The notes under the pieces were generated by a model that was not told the origin of the DNA, ran no database searches, and worked only from the letters and a program-made list of their open reading frames with translations. A program made the translations under genes and the position numbers. From Vicugna vicugna (taxonomy: Eukaryota), in NCBI GenBank assembly GCA_013265495.1, contig MU058198.1, positions 1,128,419-1,192,418 of the forward strand: a DNA stretch of 64,000 bases. Reading direction: 5' to 3'. Below are positions 25,501-37,420 of the stretch, piece by piece (positions within the stretch are counted from its first letter, which is position 1; every line of letters begins with the position of its first letter).

Positions 25501-28500
25501 TTTATTGTCTACTTCCCACCTGGAACATAATCTCCATGAGAGCAGGCACCTGGCCTGTCTTGTTCACCATTGTAACTTCAGTGCCTAGAACAATGCCTGG
25601 CCCATGGCAGGTTCTCAACAAGCACTTATCCAATGACTGGCTCTCCTGCTGCACTGTGAGTCTCTCTAGAGCCATTCTTGGGTCTGATTCATTTCAGTGT
25701 CTGCAGTTCTGGGTGCAGGGCCTGGCACATTAGAATACGCTAAATAAATATGCCTTGACTTGAAAAGAAGGAGAGTTGGAGGAGGAGGGCTGCGGGAAAG
25801 GCAGGGGGAAATGATATACCTGCAGTGCTGGGGGCTCCGTCCACGATGGCACCTGGAGACAAGAGCAGAAGGTGAGGGTTTCCTCAGTCACGCTCCGGTG
25901 ATGGTGGCACTGTGGCCATGGCTGCTCCCAGTCCTCCGGACCTGGCCATCACAGCCACTGACAGTCCACATAGTGGAAGCATCTATCATCTAGCGGGTAC
26001 CTTTCTAAACACGTTTTATGCATTTGAAACTTGGTCCTCTTAAAGATTTGTGAGGATTTTTTAAAGTCTATTTTTCTATATAGTGGCTAACATTTAATAA
26101 CCTTTAATGAAAAAGAATTTGAAAACGAATATATGAATGTATTTGTATGAGTGGGACATTGTGCTTTGCACTAGAAATTGATACATTGTAATTGACTATA
26201 CTTCAATAAAAATAATAAAACCTTAATTGAAAATTAAAATTAAAAAAAAGTAAAAGAAAGATTTGTGAGGAAATGTTCTTATCTCCATTTGACAGGTGAG
26301 AAGACTGAGGCTCAGCTATGTCTGCCAGCAAGTAGCAGAGCTTGGATTTGGAGCCCAGTCTGTCTGATTGCAAAGTGAAACTTCCTACCTGGCCCAGCTA
26401 CCCTGTGACAACACATGAGGCTTCAAGTGGAGGGCCCAGCAAAGGCTCCCAGGAGAGCCTTCTTCACGTGACAGCCTCAGTTTACTCATCTGGAGAATGG
26501 AAGTGGACATAGTGCTTATGTCCTTAGGCTGTTGTGAGCATTCCATGTAATGATGCGTCTAAATGTGTTTTATAATATAATTATATTATAAATATAATTA
26601 TCACTATTACTATTATTAATGTTACTGCATCTTAATTTCTCTAGAACAAGAAAAAATGCTTTCAAATTTTTTTGGACTTCTTGACTCCTCCATTCCAGGG
26701 GGAATAAAAACCATAAAGGTACTGCTAACCTGTGAGTTGGATGGAAGAAAATTTGAGAAGCAATTGGAAAGCTTCCCCAATATCGTATCACAGAACACTG
26801 TAAGTGGCTTTTGAGAAACACAGTCATTCTCCAGAAGACAAAGTTGAGTTAGGACTTAGACTTCACCCCAGAGGGACTGAGTTATGGGGAGTTGGCAGGA
26901 GGAATAAAGAAAAGGACACAGGCTTTGGAATCTGACCGAGCTGGGTTCAGTGCTAACTCCAGCTGCTCATGAGTCAGACGACCTTGGATGAGTCACTTAA
27001 TCTCCCTGAGCTTCAGATTCTCACCTGTAAAATGGCTTAAGTGAGTCAGCACATGCTGCGAGCTTAGCCTGGTCTCTAGCTCACAGAAGGCCCAGCACTT
27101 GTGGCAAATGTAACCATCATTCCCCAAAGCTCCTCCTGGGAAAGGTGCATTCACCAGTGGGGGTACACTGAGGAGGTAGAACAGGTCCTAGCTTGTTAGG
27201 CTGGTGATCCCTGGCATCCGCAGTTGCACTCGGCCAGCTGGCGTTGTCACCAGGACTTGACCACTTACCTCTCCGAGTGATGGGTCCCAGATCTAGAACC
27301 TGGGCTGAGTCGATAGCCACTAATTCACTGCGGCGTTGACTTCTTGAGCAAGACTGTGGGGATGGAGAATTCTCATTATATCAGAATGGAAAGGCACGGC
27401 TCCTGGTTCCTCTCCAGACCGCTCCTGCAACAGGCAGCTCTGGCCCAAGAATGCCCCTCCCCTCCCCTCCACCATGTGATACTAACTCTGATGCTCGGTT
27501 TCTCACTGTCATGTCAAGCGAACCTGGGTTTGGATCGCCTCTCCTCTCCTTTAGCTGTCTAACTTGGAACTACTTGGAACTACATCTCTCCACTATTGTT
27601 AAATAATATCTTCCTGGTTGGGACGGTTCAAAGGAAGTATGTCTATATCACACTGGCACACAGTAAGCACTCAGTGAATGCCAGCTCTTAGCAGGCAGTA
27701 CCAATCTGGGTTAAGAGCATGGGCACTGTGGCCCCATCTCAGCCAGGGCACACCCTAGTTCTGACACTTTCTAGCTGTGTGGTCCTTGGACAAGGGACCT
27801 CTCTGAGTCTCAGTTTCCTCGTCTGTACAATGGGTTGATAAAAGAATCTCCTTAAAGGGTTGTTGTGAGGATTAAATTAGATAAGGCATATAGCAGTTTT
27901 AGTACAGTGCTTGACACAGAGTAAGCACACAAAAAAGTCAACTATTATTAAAATTATTTAAACTAGGTCTTATGCCAAAGAAACCTAGTGGACAGGCCCT
28001 TTCATCTGATCTCCTTCCTGAGGATGCAACAATTCTTTATGCATGGGCCTTCGGAGGCTTAAAGTCCATTCATTCACCCTTCTTTCTTCCCTCTCTTCCA
28101 TCCATCCACCCATCTATCCATCTGTGCATTTCTTCATCCACCTAACTTTCTCTCCCTTTCTCCCTTCCTTCCTCCTTTTCTCTTTCCTTCCCTCCCTCCC
28201 TCCCTTCTTTCAATCCATCCATGATTCCAATAAATACATATGGAGAGCCTACTAGGTACCAGGTCCTATGTCCGGCACTGAATGGTGCAGTCCAAAGAGA
28301 TACTCACCGGTTCACACTGTTCTTTAAGGGAATCACAGAGAGAAACTTCACAGTGCAGGAAAACCAGGTCATAATTTCCAGCAAACATGAACATCTGAAC
28401 TGAGAACCGGCTTTCCGAAGACACCCCATTCTCCTCCACGTTGATCGTGGCATCATATTGATTTGGGCAGCTGGGGGTGGGGCGACAAGGGCAGGAGGCT

Positions 28501-31500
28501 AACTTCTAGAATAACTTAGGGGGCCTGAGGCCCTTGGCTACGTCTTTAATCTGCATCCAGTATAGAAACAGCATTGGAGGTTTTTATCATGTTCACAGGA
28601 TGCTGGGGGTGGTTAGCTCCCCTGCCCAGATTTTCTCCATCCCAACAATATTGATTTTATTCCTCCAATGTTCCTCCATGATGCTACCCATAAGCCCACA
28701 CGCTTTAGGTTTCCAGGAGCACAGTCCTTGGCGTGAGATGGACAGATTTCAAATAGCAACCCGACCCATTTTCTAACTAAGGGATCATGAGCATCACTTA
28801 ATCTTACTGAACTTCATTCGTATTATCTGTAAAGTAGAGACAGGAATAAGCATTTCCTAGACATGATGGGAGAACTTAATGAGATAATCCGTGTATTCTG
28901 CTTGGCACATAGCTAAACTCAGTGACAAATATTAACTAGCATTATCACCACAGTTTGAATCATGCTCTATAAATATGCATTTCCCTTTGTTTTTGCCAGT
29001 TCACTGTATCCAATATTTTGTCCTATGACACTTATGCTAGCTTCCATGTTGATTAGTCAGTGTTAACGTGTGTGTAATAGTTTATCATTACTTAATAAAT
29101 CCCCTGTTTTTGAACTATGAACCTATTGCCAAAGTTGTAAAAGATACTGAAATGAAAAACAATTGGCTTTTCTTTACCTTGCCCATGTATTTCTGTATTA
29201 ATGCTTTAGGCTAAAATTTCAGGAATGATATTCCTGGGTCAAAAAGGTAAGGTCATGATATATGATACCAAATTATTCTCCAAAAGAGGCAAGCCAGTTT
29301 ACACAACTGCCAGGCAGGGATGAGGGGATCTTTCCCCTCCACTCCAGATCTCATTTAGGCCAAAAGATAACCCCAGATTGTCCGATACCCACCCGTTTTG
29401 GATGATGAAATATCTCACGGGGTCATTCTTGTCTCCAGTGGGCGTGGCATAGCAGTTCCTCAACACCAGGTTAAACCGGGAGGTGTCCCCTCTCACCAGG
29501 GTGGCACCCACATAGAGCATGGATTCAACAGACAGCACGACTGCTGACCCTTCATAAGGAGACGTGTAGCTCTGGTCTTGGAAGAGGGCCATCTGGACAA
29601 TGAACTCTCCCTCCCCGTCCACACTGATGTTCAGGGAACTGAGAACAGAAAAACCACAAGAGTGGACCGGTGAGAACAAAGTCAATTGGGTCCGCCACTT
29701 GCGTAAGGTTATGAAGTCAAAGGCACAACAGTGGTTCCCAAATGAACCATTCAATCGCTCATTTAAGTCAACATTTACTATCTTCTAGGCACTAAACTTG
29801 ACAAACAGGTGAGTCTGGCTCCAGGATTTCTACCAAACCTGCCCTGCATCGGAGATTCACTCAAAGAACACCTCTGTCTTCTCATCCATGGAACAGGATT
29901 GGGACCAGCCCTGTGGGTTCACAATTTTTAGCAGCAGATCTCTTCCCTCCACCCCATAATCTTCAGTGAAACAGCAATTGTACAATGAGATAAATATATT
30001 GGTTTCATTTTTTATGAATCTTGGGCCCTGACACAACGCAGTCTGAAAACTAGAAATTGAACTAGAAAATGTCTAATCCTTATCCTGCCCTTCTGTGAGC
30101 CCAGGAGGCAGTAAGGGATGGGAGGGGCACCCTGGGTTTCTGATAGTCCCAGAAAGTCTCCTGGCAAGAATGCTGAGGAATTTATTCAAAAGGGCTGCAT
30201 TCTAGGCACAGTGATACTGCAGTGAACTAAACAGATTAAAGCCCCGTGCCCAAGTGGAATTCCACCCAAGTTGCTACTTGGTTCGTTTTTCTGGTGAATT
30301 AGGGGTGCTGTTTATCCAATCAAAACTGATGTGGCTTAAGTCCCAGATCTGCAGGGATGTGGGCTTTCCTGCCCTCACCTTTCCTCCCCAAACAAGATTA
30401 GCTGAGGGACCCTCGCTCCCTGTTCCCACAGCACCCCGTGCTTCCCCTACACTGCATTCATCTCACTTGCAAATAATTATTGACATAATTAGTTGTTTAG
30501 TGCCTTTCTTCCTCAAGATAAATGAAATTGTCATGCATTTCTGTTCCCTAGCACATTTAATTAACACTGTTTCATGTTGCTGCATTGCTTCCTAGTAATA
30601 ATGTTTAACATCCACAAAATATTCTATGCCTGCCTTGTTCACGTTGAACATCCTAATACCTTATCAACAAATGTTTGTGGAATGAGCAAGCAAATGAACA
30701 GAAGCTCCTGAAGGAGGTGGGTGATAAGATGTGGGTGAAGTGTGACTGAGGTCAGGGTTATGGGCCAAACGGGGGGGTCAGTGCCGTACCTTACAATGGG
30801 CTGCAGGGCAGTTTGGAGGCTGACTTTCATGTCCAGCGGGTAGGCACACTGGAAGCTGATGCTCAGGATGGTGTCTCTGATGATGAAATCGTTGACCACG
30901 GAGAGGGTGTTTTTGTAGATGGCGTGGGTTTGGTTTCTCTTTGGCATAAAAAGAGGATCACGTGTAGGTTTACGTGGATGCGGGAACAGGTGTATCTGAA
31001 CTCAGGTCTGAGTGCCTCCAGAGTGGCAGCTCTTAATCACTTGGAACCTTGCCCCCTGATCCCAATGAGAAAATAAGCCTCCTCCCCTAGTGGCACTGAC
31101 ACTTCATGGGAAGGAGAGCGAGGACCCCAGATCAAAAACTAGGACGGTAAATTGTTAACCCTTGGGAAGAGTCAGGAACCTCCACGCTTGCTCCTCTATG
31201 AACCCCACCCACATCATCCCTCAGCAAGACAGTCATAATCATGGCTTACATTCGCCGAGCTCAAGCATCAGAAGGCGTCTACGCTCTTTACACGGATAAA
31301 CACATGTGATCTCACATACCCCTAGAGGCCCATGGAGGCTAAGTGACTCGCCCGAGGTCTCACAGCTACTAATGTAGCACAACAGCCCAACTCCCAGAAT
31401 CTGGCAGCAGGGGGCAAGCACCGCTCACCTCCAGAACGTTTCCGCAGGCCCCAGCCTTGGTGGGGCTGGTCACGGATATCCAGTTCCTCTCCTCTCTCTG

Positions 31501-34500
31501 CATGGTGCTGCTGCAGTTCGAGGTCCGATCCTGCAGGTAGGCACTGACCTCGTCCTCGAACCCCAGGCCTCCCAGCACGCACTTGTCCAGTGACACCTTC
31601 ATCTCGCTGGCCCCACAGTCCAGCTGAGGCTGCAAACTGTAGACATCTGGAAAGTCGAGGGGAAGGCAAGTGGAGTGGACAGGAGTCTGGAAGCCCTTTG
31701 GTAGAGCCACCAAGCCCACTGGGAGGCTAGGAGATTAGCAGGGGCCTGGGGCCCATGTGGGATTCACACCCAGGCTTGCAGAGGACAAGGTGAGCAAGGA
31801 CAGTCCGGTCCACGATTTCCAAGCATGCTGTGTGCAGGCTTGGTGAAGGCTTTGTGTCTGGTTCTTGTTGGGGCCCAGAGCAGACCACCCCAAAACATGC
31901 CTAAAGGCATATTGATTATTTTGAGTTAAAGTTACTTAAGAAATGGCTAATGCAACACTTTGACCCTCCTCTCTGTCTCCTTGAAAGTGGGAAATCCATC
32001 TCCCATATGAAAGGCACACTCTGTGCATCTGGAGGTGGAAGCACACCCTTGTCGCCAGAGACAGGGGACTCGGGCTCCTTCTTGCCCCCCTGAGCAGGAA
32101 AGCACACCTGAGCTGAAAGCAAGAGTCAGAGGCCCTTGTTCGTGTCCAGGAGGGAAGGAGGTGATCTCCGTGGGACGCTCGTCTGTGGCATTCCTACCCA
32201 CGGGACATCTGCCTGTGCTTGCTTACCTCCTGCGATGTGAACATCATCTCCAGAGCTTGCCCATGTGGGCTGCTCTGAATGAATTCTCATAAAAGCCCCG
32301 TATGGTAGGTATTTTTAATTTTTAATCTCATCCCCATTTTACAGATGAGGACATTCAGGCTCAGAGAGGGGAGATAGCTTGTCCCGGCCCCAGAGCTACT
32401 ACCTAGCAGATTCAGGACAGGCACAGGACCCTTCCCCTGTCCCTCACACGCAGATCCCACAGATGTCTGATCGCAACTTCCACACTTGCCGAGTTCTCAT
32501 CCTCGGTATCTTTGTCCCTTGTGGGTCAAGACCACTCATTCCAAGGCCACTTCCTGAGGCCATGGTCCAGCAGCTGACCTGGGAATTTGTTCCATTCCTG
32601 CCCTCAATCCTTGCAAACCCACTGGCTTCAAGCACTCACATTCCCTGACCTCAGTTCCGTCCCCACTGACTCTGATCCACACCTTGTCCCAACCCTATGA
32701 AGCTCCCTCCCTCATGCCCTGACCGCTTAGGTCAGCCCCCACCAGCCCTGCCCCTGCCCAGCCGCTCACCAGAAATGTTGAGGTCCTTTCTGCAGAAGCA
32801 GTCCCAGGTGTCCTCGACAAGAAGGCACTCCTCCTCAGAGCGGCAGGTGCAGGTNNNNNNNNNNNNNNNNNNNNNNNNNNNNNNNNNNNNNNNNNNNNNN
32901 NNNNNNNNNNNNNNNNNNNNNNNNNNNNNNNNNNNNNNNNNNNNNNNNNNNNNNNNNNNNNNNNNNNNNNNNNNNNNNNNNNNNNNNNNNNNNNNNNNNN
33001 NNNNNNNNNNNNNNNNNNNNNNNNNNNNNNNNNNNNNNNNNNNNNNNNNNNNNNNNNNNNNNNNNNNNNNNNNNNNNNNNNNNNNNNNNNNNNNNNNNNN
33101 NNNNNNNNNNNNNNNNGGCGAGGGCGTGGTCGTGGGCGGGGGTGTGGTCGTGGGCGAGGGCGTGGTCGTGGGCGAGGGCGTGGTCGTGGGCGTGACAGTG
33201 GCAGGATCTGGGGTGAGGCGTGGAGGAAGAGGATAAGGATGCAGAGCACGGCAGACCGGAGGCCTTCAAAGCCAACTTTTGTCATTCTACGGGACACGAA
33301 GTCTTGCCTGAGGTCGTGCCGTACTTGGTGGAAGAATCAAGCCCCAAACTCGAATTTCATGAATCCCAGTCTAGTCAGGTGAGAACCCCAGAGCAGCCAT
33401 CTTAGTGCTTGTTACAAGGCAGATGCTGTTTCCAGTACTTTCCACGCATCAGCTCATTCAGTTCCCATGGCAACCGCATGCGGTAGGGTCGCTTAATGGT
33501 TAAGCATCTGGATCGTGATGCTGGGGTGCTAGGTTCACATCTGGATCCACCACTTTCTAAATCTTGGATATTGGGGAACTGCTTAATCTCTCTGTCCCCC
33601 AGGCCTCTCGTCTAGACTAATTATATAGTATGTATCTTCTGAAGTTGGTGAGCAAATTAAATGAGTTAAAGGTTTAAAGTGCTTAGAGCTGGGACATGAA
33701 TGCATTAGCCATTGTCCATGTTTTCAGGTCAGAAAACCAAAGCTAAGAGAGTTAAATTAAACTGCTCATTTGAAATCGAAATCTAAGTGAGTCCGAGTTC
33801 TAAATCTTGTGCTACGCACAGGGATAGATCTATCAGGAGATTTCACCTTTGAGTCTGAATTTCTGGCTTGACTTGAAATACTGGCAGCCCCGTGGGCAAT
33901 ATTCCCACTGGGCAGTAATTGGCTGGAGCTGAGCTGAAGCGGCTCTGCTTAGTCTCCCCTTGACCCGCTCCACTCACTCCACTGACCCCTGGGCCCTTCG
34001 CTGGGTGGCCCCGCCGCTGCCTCCAGGTGGGTCTCTGCCACTCACCTGTGCAGTATCCCAGATCACAATAGGGGGTGCCCTCCAACCGGTACACGTGGTA
34101 CTCGCCCGGGCAGGCCTTCACCAGCACGTCAGTCTTCCAGAGGCAGCAGTTGCCGCTCCAGTGGGCACAGGCTGTGCGGTTGATGATGCCCTCCCCCAGG
34201 GTGGGGTGGGTGCCTTCCAGCCACATGGGAGCAGCCGTCTGGCACCGGAACACAGGGACGCAGTCCTCCGGCATCCTCACTCCTCCATTGCCCACAAAGC
34301 GGTACCAGCCGTGCTTGTCCATGTCACAGCTCTGCCCTTCCTCCGTGTTCTCCTTGCTTCGGAAAGGTTCGTCCAGGAGGGTGTAATTCTGGCAGGGGTC
34401 AAAACAGAGCTGGGTCTCTGAGGGGCCCAGGGATCCACAGTCCAAGTCCTTCTCATAGGAACGGGCGTTGGTGGGGTTTCCGGAACCTGGAGAGGAACGG

Positions 34501-36758
34501 TATGCTTGGATTTACGGAGGAACCCCAGAACCTGCAGGATTTTTATCCTTCTACACATCTGTCTGGGAAGGACTCAGGGCCCTAATGAGGACCAGAGGCA
34601 CACTATCCACTCTGTGTTAATTAAATATCAGCCTTCAACACCTTAGGGTCAGAATAATAATGAAGCCTTTGTGTGGAAATTTACAGGCACTGAGAACATC
34701 AGGGTCCCCACCCTGCACGATCTAGGGGGCATCATTCACGCTGAGCTTGGCAGGGGAGGCGGTGGGGGGGGTGCTGCCCTGGAGTTGTGCAGTGCTCCCC
34801 TGTGCAACCATACACTGCGGTCCTGCCTGACCAATATTTGTTTTTCTCATTATAAATGTAACATAGCCTCAAAGGTCGTTCAAATGAATAAAGTAGAAAC
34901 AAAAGTTGTCATTTCTGCATACCATAAATTTGTTGTACAGTCTTCAGACCCTTTCTATGCATTTGTTTAAACACTTCAAAAAAAAATAAAAGTGGGTTTA
35001 ATGCTATACAGTTTTTTTTCCACTTGTATTTTTTTTTTACTTAACATAAACATTTTTCCACTATCAGTAGATGAAGATCAAACATAAGATTTCTCAGCCT
35101 TGGCACTACTGAAGTTTGGGCTGGATAATTCCGTGTTAGGGGGCAGCCTTGTGCACTACAGGATGCCCAAAAGTTTCCTTAGGCTCTTACTAGATGCCAG
35201 TACTACCCTCCTCCCAAAGGGGTCGCCAGACATTGCCAATTGTCCCCTGAAAGCAAAATCATCCTTAAATGAGAGCACTAGTCTAATAGGACCATTTCTG
35301 ATGTCTGATCTCATGGCTTTTGACAGAATCAGGGACTGTGATGTGCGAGGAGGCAGAGAAGTAAAGTGGGGGTGGGAGGGTGGGAGCAGAGGAAACCACA
35401 GGCTGGTCAGTCTGGGTTAAACCCAGCTCTGCACCTGCTGACTGGGTGACCTTGTCGTATGGTTCAACTCCCCTGAGACTCAATTGCAAAACAACAGCTG
35501 CAAGCTAGTGACTTCCAAACATTTTCCATTCTCATGCCGCAGGTCATGATGTTTGCCACACCTGTGTCCACCTATCCTGTTATTTATTTCATGGTTCTTT
35601 CAATGGTTCTCTTTATAAATTCATTGCACCCTAAGGAATGCTATCTCTGATACCATAGGTATGACGTGCTAGTTATATTTTTAATACCCACTGAAAAAAG
35701 TATATAGCTATCAAAATCTTCTTTAAGTTTGCAACTCACTCCCATAGTCATCTTGGGATACGCATACCCCTAAAGTTTTAAAGAATTGTGAGAAGATTAA
35801 ATAAGATACTAGGTAAAAAATGCCAATCACAGTCCCTGGGTCCTAGGAGTTCAAACTAGTTCCCTTCTCTAGTTCTGGCGTGCTGAATAGTGTGAGTGCC
35901 TGAATGATGAATTAAGTGCAAGTACCAGGATCACATCACATTTCCTTTCTTTCTTTTTTCTGGATGCATAAGCCATTTAATAGGTGTGCGTGTCCCCAGC
36001 AGGGATGCACCGATTGCTAGGCTTCTGTCCGCCCGCATAAAGCTGGGGTCATGTTAGAGGGACTTTTTAGAAACAGAGATTTTTCAGGCCTTACTTATGT
36101 ACATGCTTGTTTTAAGGCAAGAAATCACCACCCTTGTTACTCTTGGATTAGTTCCAAGGGAGGCCATGAGCTGAGTCCCTCCAGCCCCCCTCCACAGGGG
36201 ACATGGGCAGAAATTTTCACCCTAGTGTTGAGCCTGAGAATCCTTCCTACAAGTATCTAAGATGCCCAGCCCATGGATCTCTGAAAGGACCATAGAGAGA
36301 TCACGAAATCCAGTCCTTTCATTTTACAGATGAGCAACTTATTTGGAGGAAGGAGAGGCGCTTGCCAAAACAAGGCACAGAGTGACTGGGCAAATCGTGT
36401 CCTCATGAATCCGGGCTCTGGATCTACCCTGTATCTGGTCGTGAGAGGTTGTGCTAACTGGCTCCCACTGTCCTCCGAGGGAGCATTTCTCATCTGGCTC
36501 TTTGAGACACTGTGACTGGATTCCAGTTTCTCTCCTCTTGCTTCCCTTGACTTCTGGCTTCTGAATCTCCACTGTGGTCATGCCCCTGTCTCCCCACTGA
36601 CCCTGAATCACCTTCTCTGCACTTCCCTGCTCACTCTCCAGCTATTGCAGGGCATCTGAGATCAGGTGAGCAGAGCACTTACCTCGCTGCTCTGTAGATG
36701 CCAGAGTCAGAACGCAGTAGGCCAAAGCCAGCCACAGGACGTAAGCCATCCTTTCCAT
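22479..36758 (-). CDS. GP2: Glycoprotein 2 (pancreatic zymogen granule membrane GP2), spliced CDS: join(36683-36758,34046-34486,32770-33207,31429-31646,30790-30938,29393-29638,28308-28470,27269-27353,25820-25852,22479-22537); about 635 aa if the gap size is right
   Basis: Hand-spliced exons with GT-AG junctions and matching phases give [15 protein letters not shown]... signal peptide, [17 protein letters not shown]...D8C domain, EGF, ZP-N/ZP-C and a C-terminal GPI signal [19 protein letters not shown]. Adjacent to UMOD as in other mammals. Confidence 0.96.
23723..23741 (-). promoter_or_regulatory. CTCF motif CTACCACAAGAGGGCGCCT in the last GP2 intron
   Basis: Close match to the CTCF core. 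Confidence 0.55.
25820..25852 (-). CDS. GP2: GP2 exon 10 micro-exon [11 protein letters not shown] (GPI omega region)
   Basis: 33 nt, polypyrimidine ttctgctcttgtctccag| and GCAG|gtatat; phase 1-1. Confidence 0.8.
26088..26255 (+). mobile_element. LINE-1 3' end fragment in GP2 intron 9
   Basis: gggacattgtgct...aattgatacattgtaattgactatacttcaataaa plus A-rich tail. Confidence 0.75.
27269..27353 (-). CDS. GP2: GP2 exon 9 [28 protein letters not shown] (basic cleavage site and external hydrophobic patch)
   Basis: 85 nt, cacag| and |gtaagt. Confidence 0.93.
28308..28470 (-). CDS. GP2: GP2 exon 8 [54 protein letters not shown]
   Basis: 163 nt, cccag| and |gtgagt; not in the ORF track, translated by hand. 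Confidence 0.95.
29393..29638 (-). CDS. GP2: GP2 exon 7 (ZP-C) [19 protein letters not shown]...NCYATP...YFIIQN
   Basis: 246 nt, same length as UMOD exon 7; ctcag| and |gtgggt. Confidence 0.95.
30790..30938 (-). CDS. GP2: GP2 exon 6 [13 protein letters not shown]...[19 protein letters not shown]
   Basis: 149 nt, same length as UMOD exon 6; aag| and |gtacgg. Confidence 0.95.
31429..31646 (-). CDS. GP2: GP2 exon 5 (ZP-N start) [23 protein letters not shown]...ACGNVLE
   Basis: 218 nt, tttccag| and |gtgagc, phase 1 to 0. Confidence 0.95.
31866..32090 (+). mobile_element. ERV1 LTR fragment (MER34/MER39-like) in GP2 intron 4
   Basis: tgttggggcccagagcagaccaccccaaaacatg...gattattttgagttaaag resembles the start of the 16573 LTR. 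Confidence 0.55.
32770..33207 (-). CDS. GP2: GP2 exon 4: DPATV + (PTTTPS)n repeat + gap + EGF-like [28 protein letters not shown]
   Basis: Acceptor cctcaccccag|ATCCT and donor TCTG|gtgagc. Both sides of the N-gap read in the same frame (438 nt = 146 codons). Confidence 0.85.
32855..33116. other. Assembly gap (262 N) inside GP2 exon 4
   Basis: N run abutting the tandem repeat. Confidence 1.
33117..33192 (-). repeat. Coding minisatellite, 18-bp unit (plus strand gggcgagggcgtggtcgt), about 4 copies visible before the gap
   Basis: Directly visible tandem copies; one variant unit gggcgggggtgtggtcgt encodes PTTTPP. Confidence 0.95.
34046..34486 (-). CDS. GP2: GP2 exon 3: beta-hairpin plus D8C/D10C decoy module
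   Basis: 441 nt, [17 protein letters not shown]...CFDPCQNYT...WYRFVG...HWSGNCC...YCT; ccag| acceptor and |gtgagt donor. Confidence 0.96.
35088..35282. mobile_element. MER20-like hAT MITE in GP2 intron 2
   Basis: tttctcagccttggcactactga...ggctggataatt...ccagacattgccaattgtcccctg. Confidence 0.75.
36683..36758 (-). CDS. GP2: GP2 exon 2 coding part: signal peptide [25 protein letters not shown]
   Basis: ATG at 36758, acceptor ctgcag| at 36782, donor GAG|gtaagt, phase 1. Confidence 0.9.
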
Positions 36759-37299
36759 GAGCTTCGTGGGTCACTCAGCAGCCTGCAGACCCTCCACGCA
36801 GTGGGGCGAAGGGAAAGACCCAGATATGATCAGCACCATAACTTGTACTAATCCCTTGCATACGTTAGCTCATTGAAGGCTCCGAAATACCCTCCAGGGA
36901 AGGTATTATTATTGTCCCCATTTTACCAATGAAGAACCTGAGACTCAGAGGAGACTAAACCCAGAGATATTTCCTAAGCCCCTCCTGTGTGCAAGCCCTG
37001 GGCTGGAAGTGAAAGAGCTTGCTCAGGCCCATGTTCTCAGAAATGCACCAATGACTTCCTCCCTTCCTTCGTGTTGCTTTAAAGCAGGCACGACTTGTGG
37101 AAAGCGGTGGTAAACAGGAGGAGGAGACTTGCCAAAGGGATGAGATTGACAGCAAGAAAACAAACAAAAAAAAAAAAATCAAGCTTAGAGCCAGCCAGGA
37201 CTGCAGAATGTCCTGGAAGATCTCAGGTCAGCTCCTACTCAGGTCAAGGTAGAGACTGTTGGAGATTGGGTGGAGGGGAGGGTTATGGTCCATGAATAC

Positions 37300-37420
37300 C
37301 TGCAGACAAAAGGAACAGCTTCCCTTTCTGAGTTCAGTGCATCTGACACTGGGTTGCTCTTAGCCCAGAAGTGTCCTCTGTGTGTGCAGATTTCCGGGAG
37401 GGTGAGGCCACGTCAGACTG
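37300..37420 (-). other. GP2: Probable GP2 non-coding exon 1 (5' end uncertain)
   Basis: Donor-like CAG|GTATTC at 37300/37299, about 520 bp upstream of the exon 2 acceptor; start site not resolvable. Confidence 0.5.

Noticed and set aside
32695..33297. ORF-track translations with poly-RP, (GEGVVV)n and (HDHALA)n
   Set aside because: Alternative frames or strand of the GP2 exon 4 repeat. The splice phase from exon 3 dictates the PTTTPS frame, and the ORFs are extended artificially by Ns.
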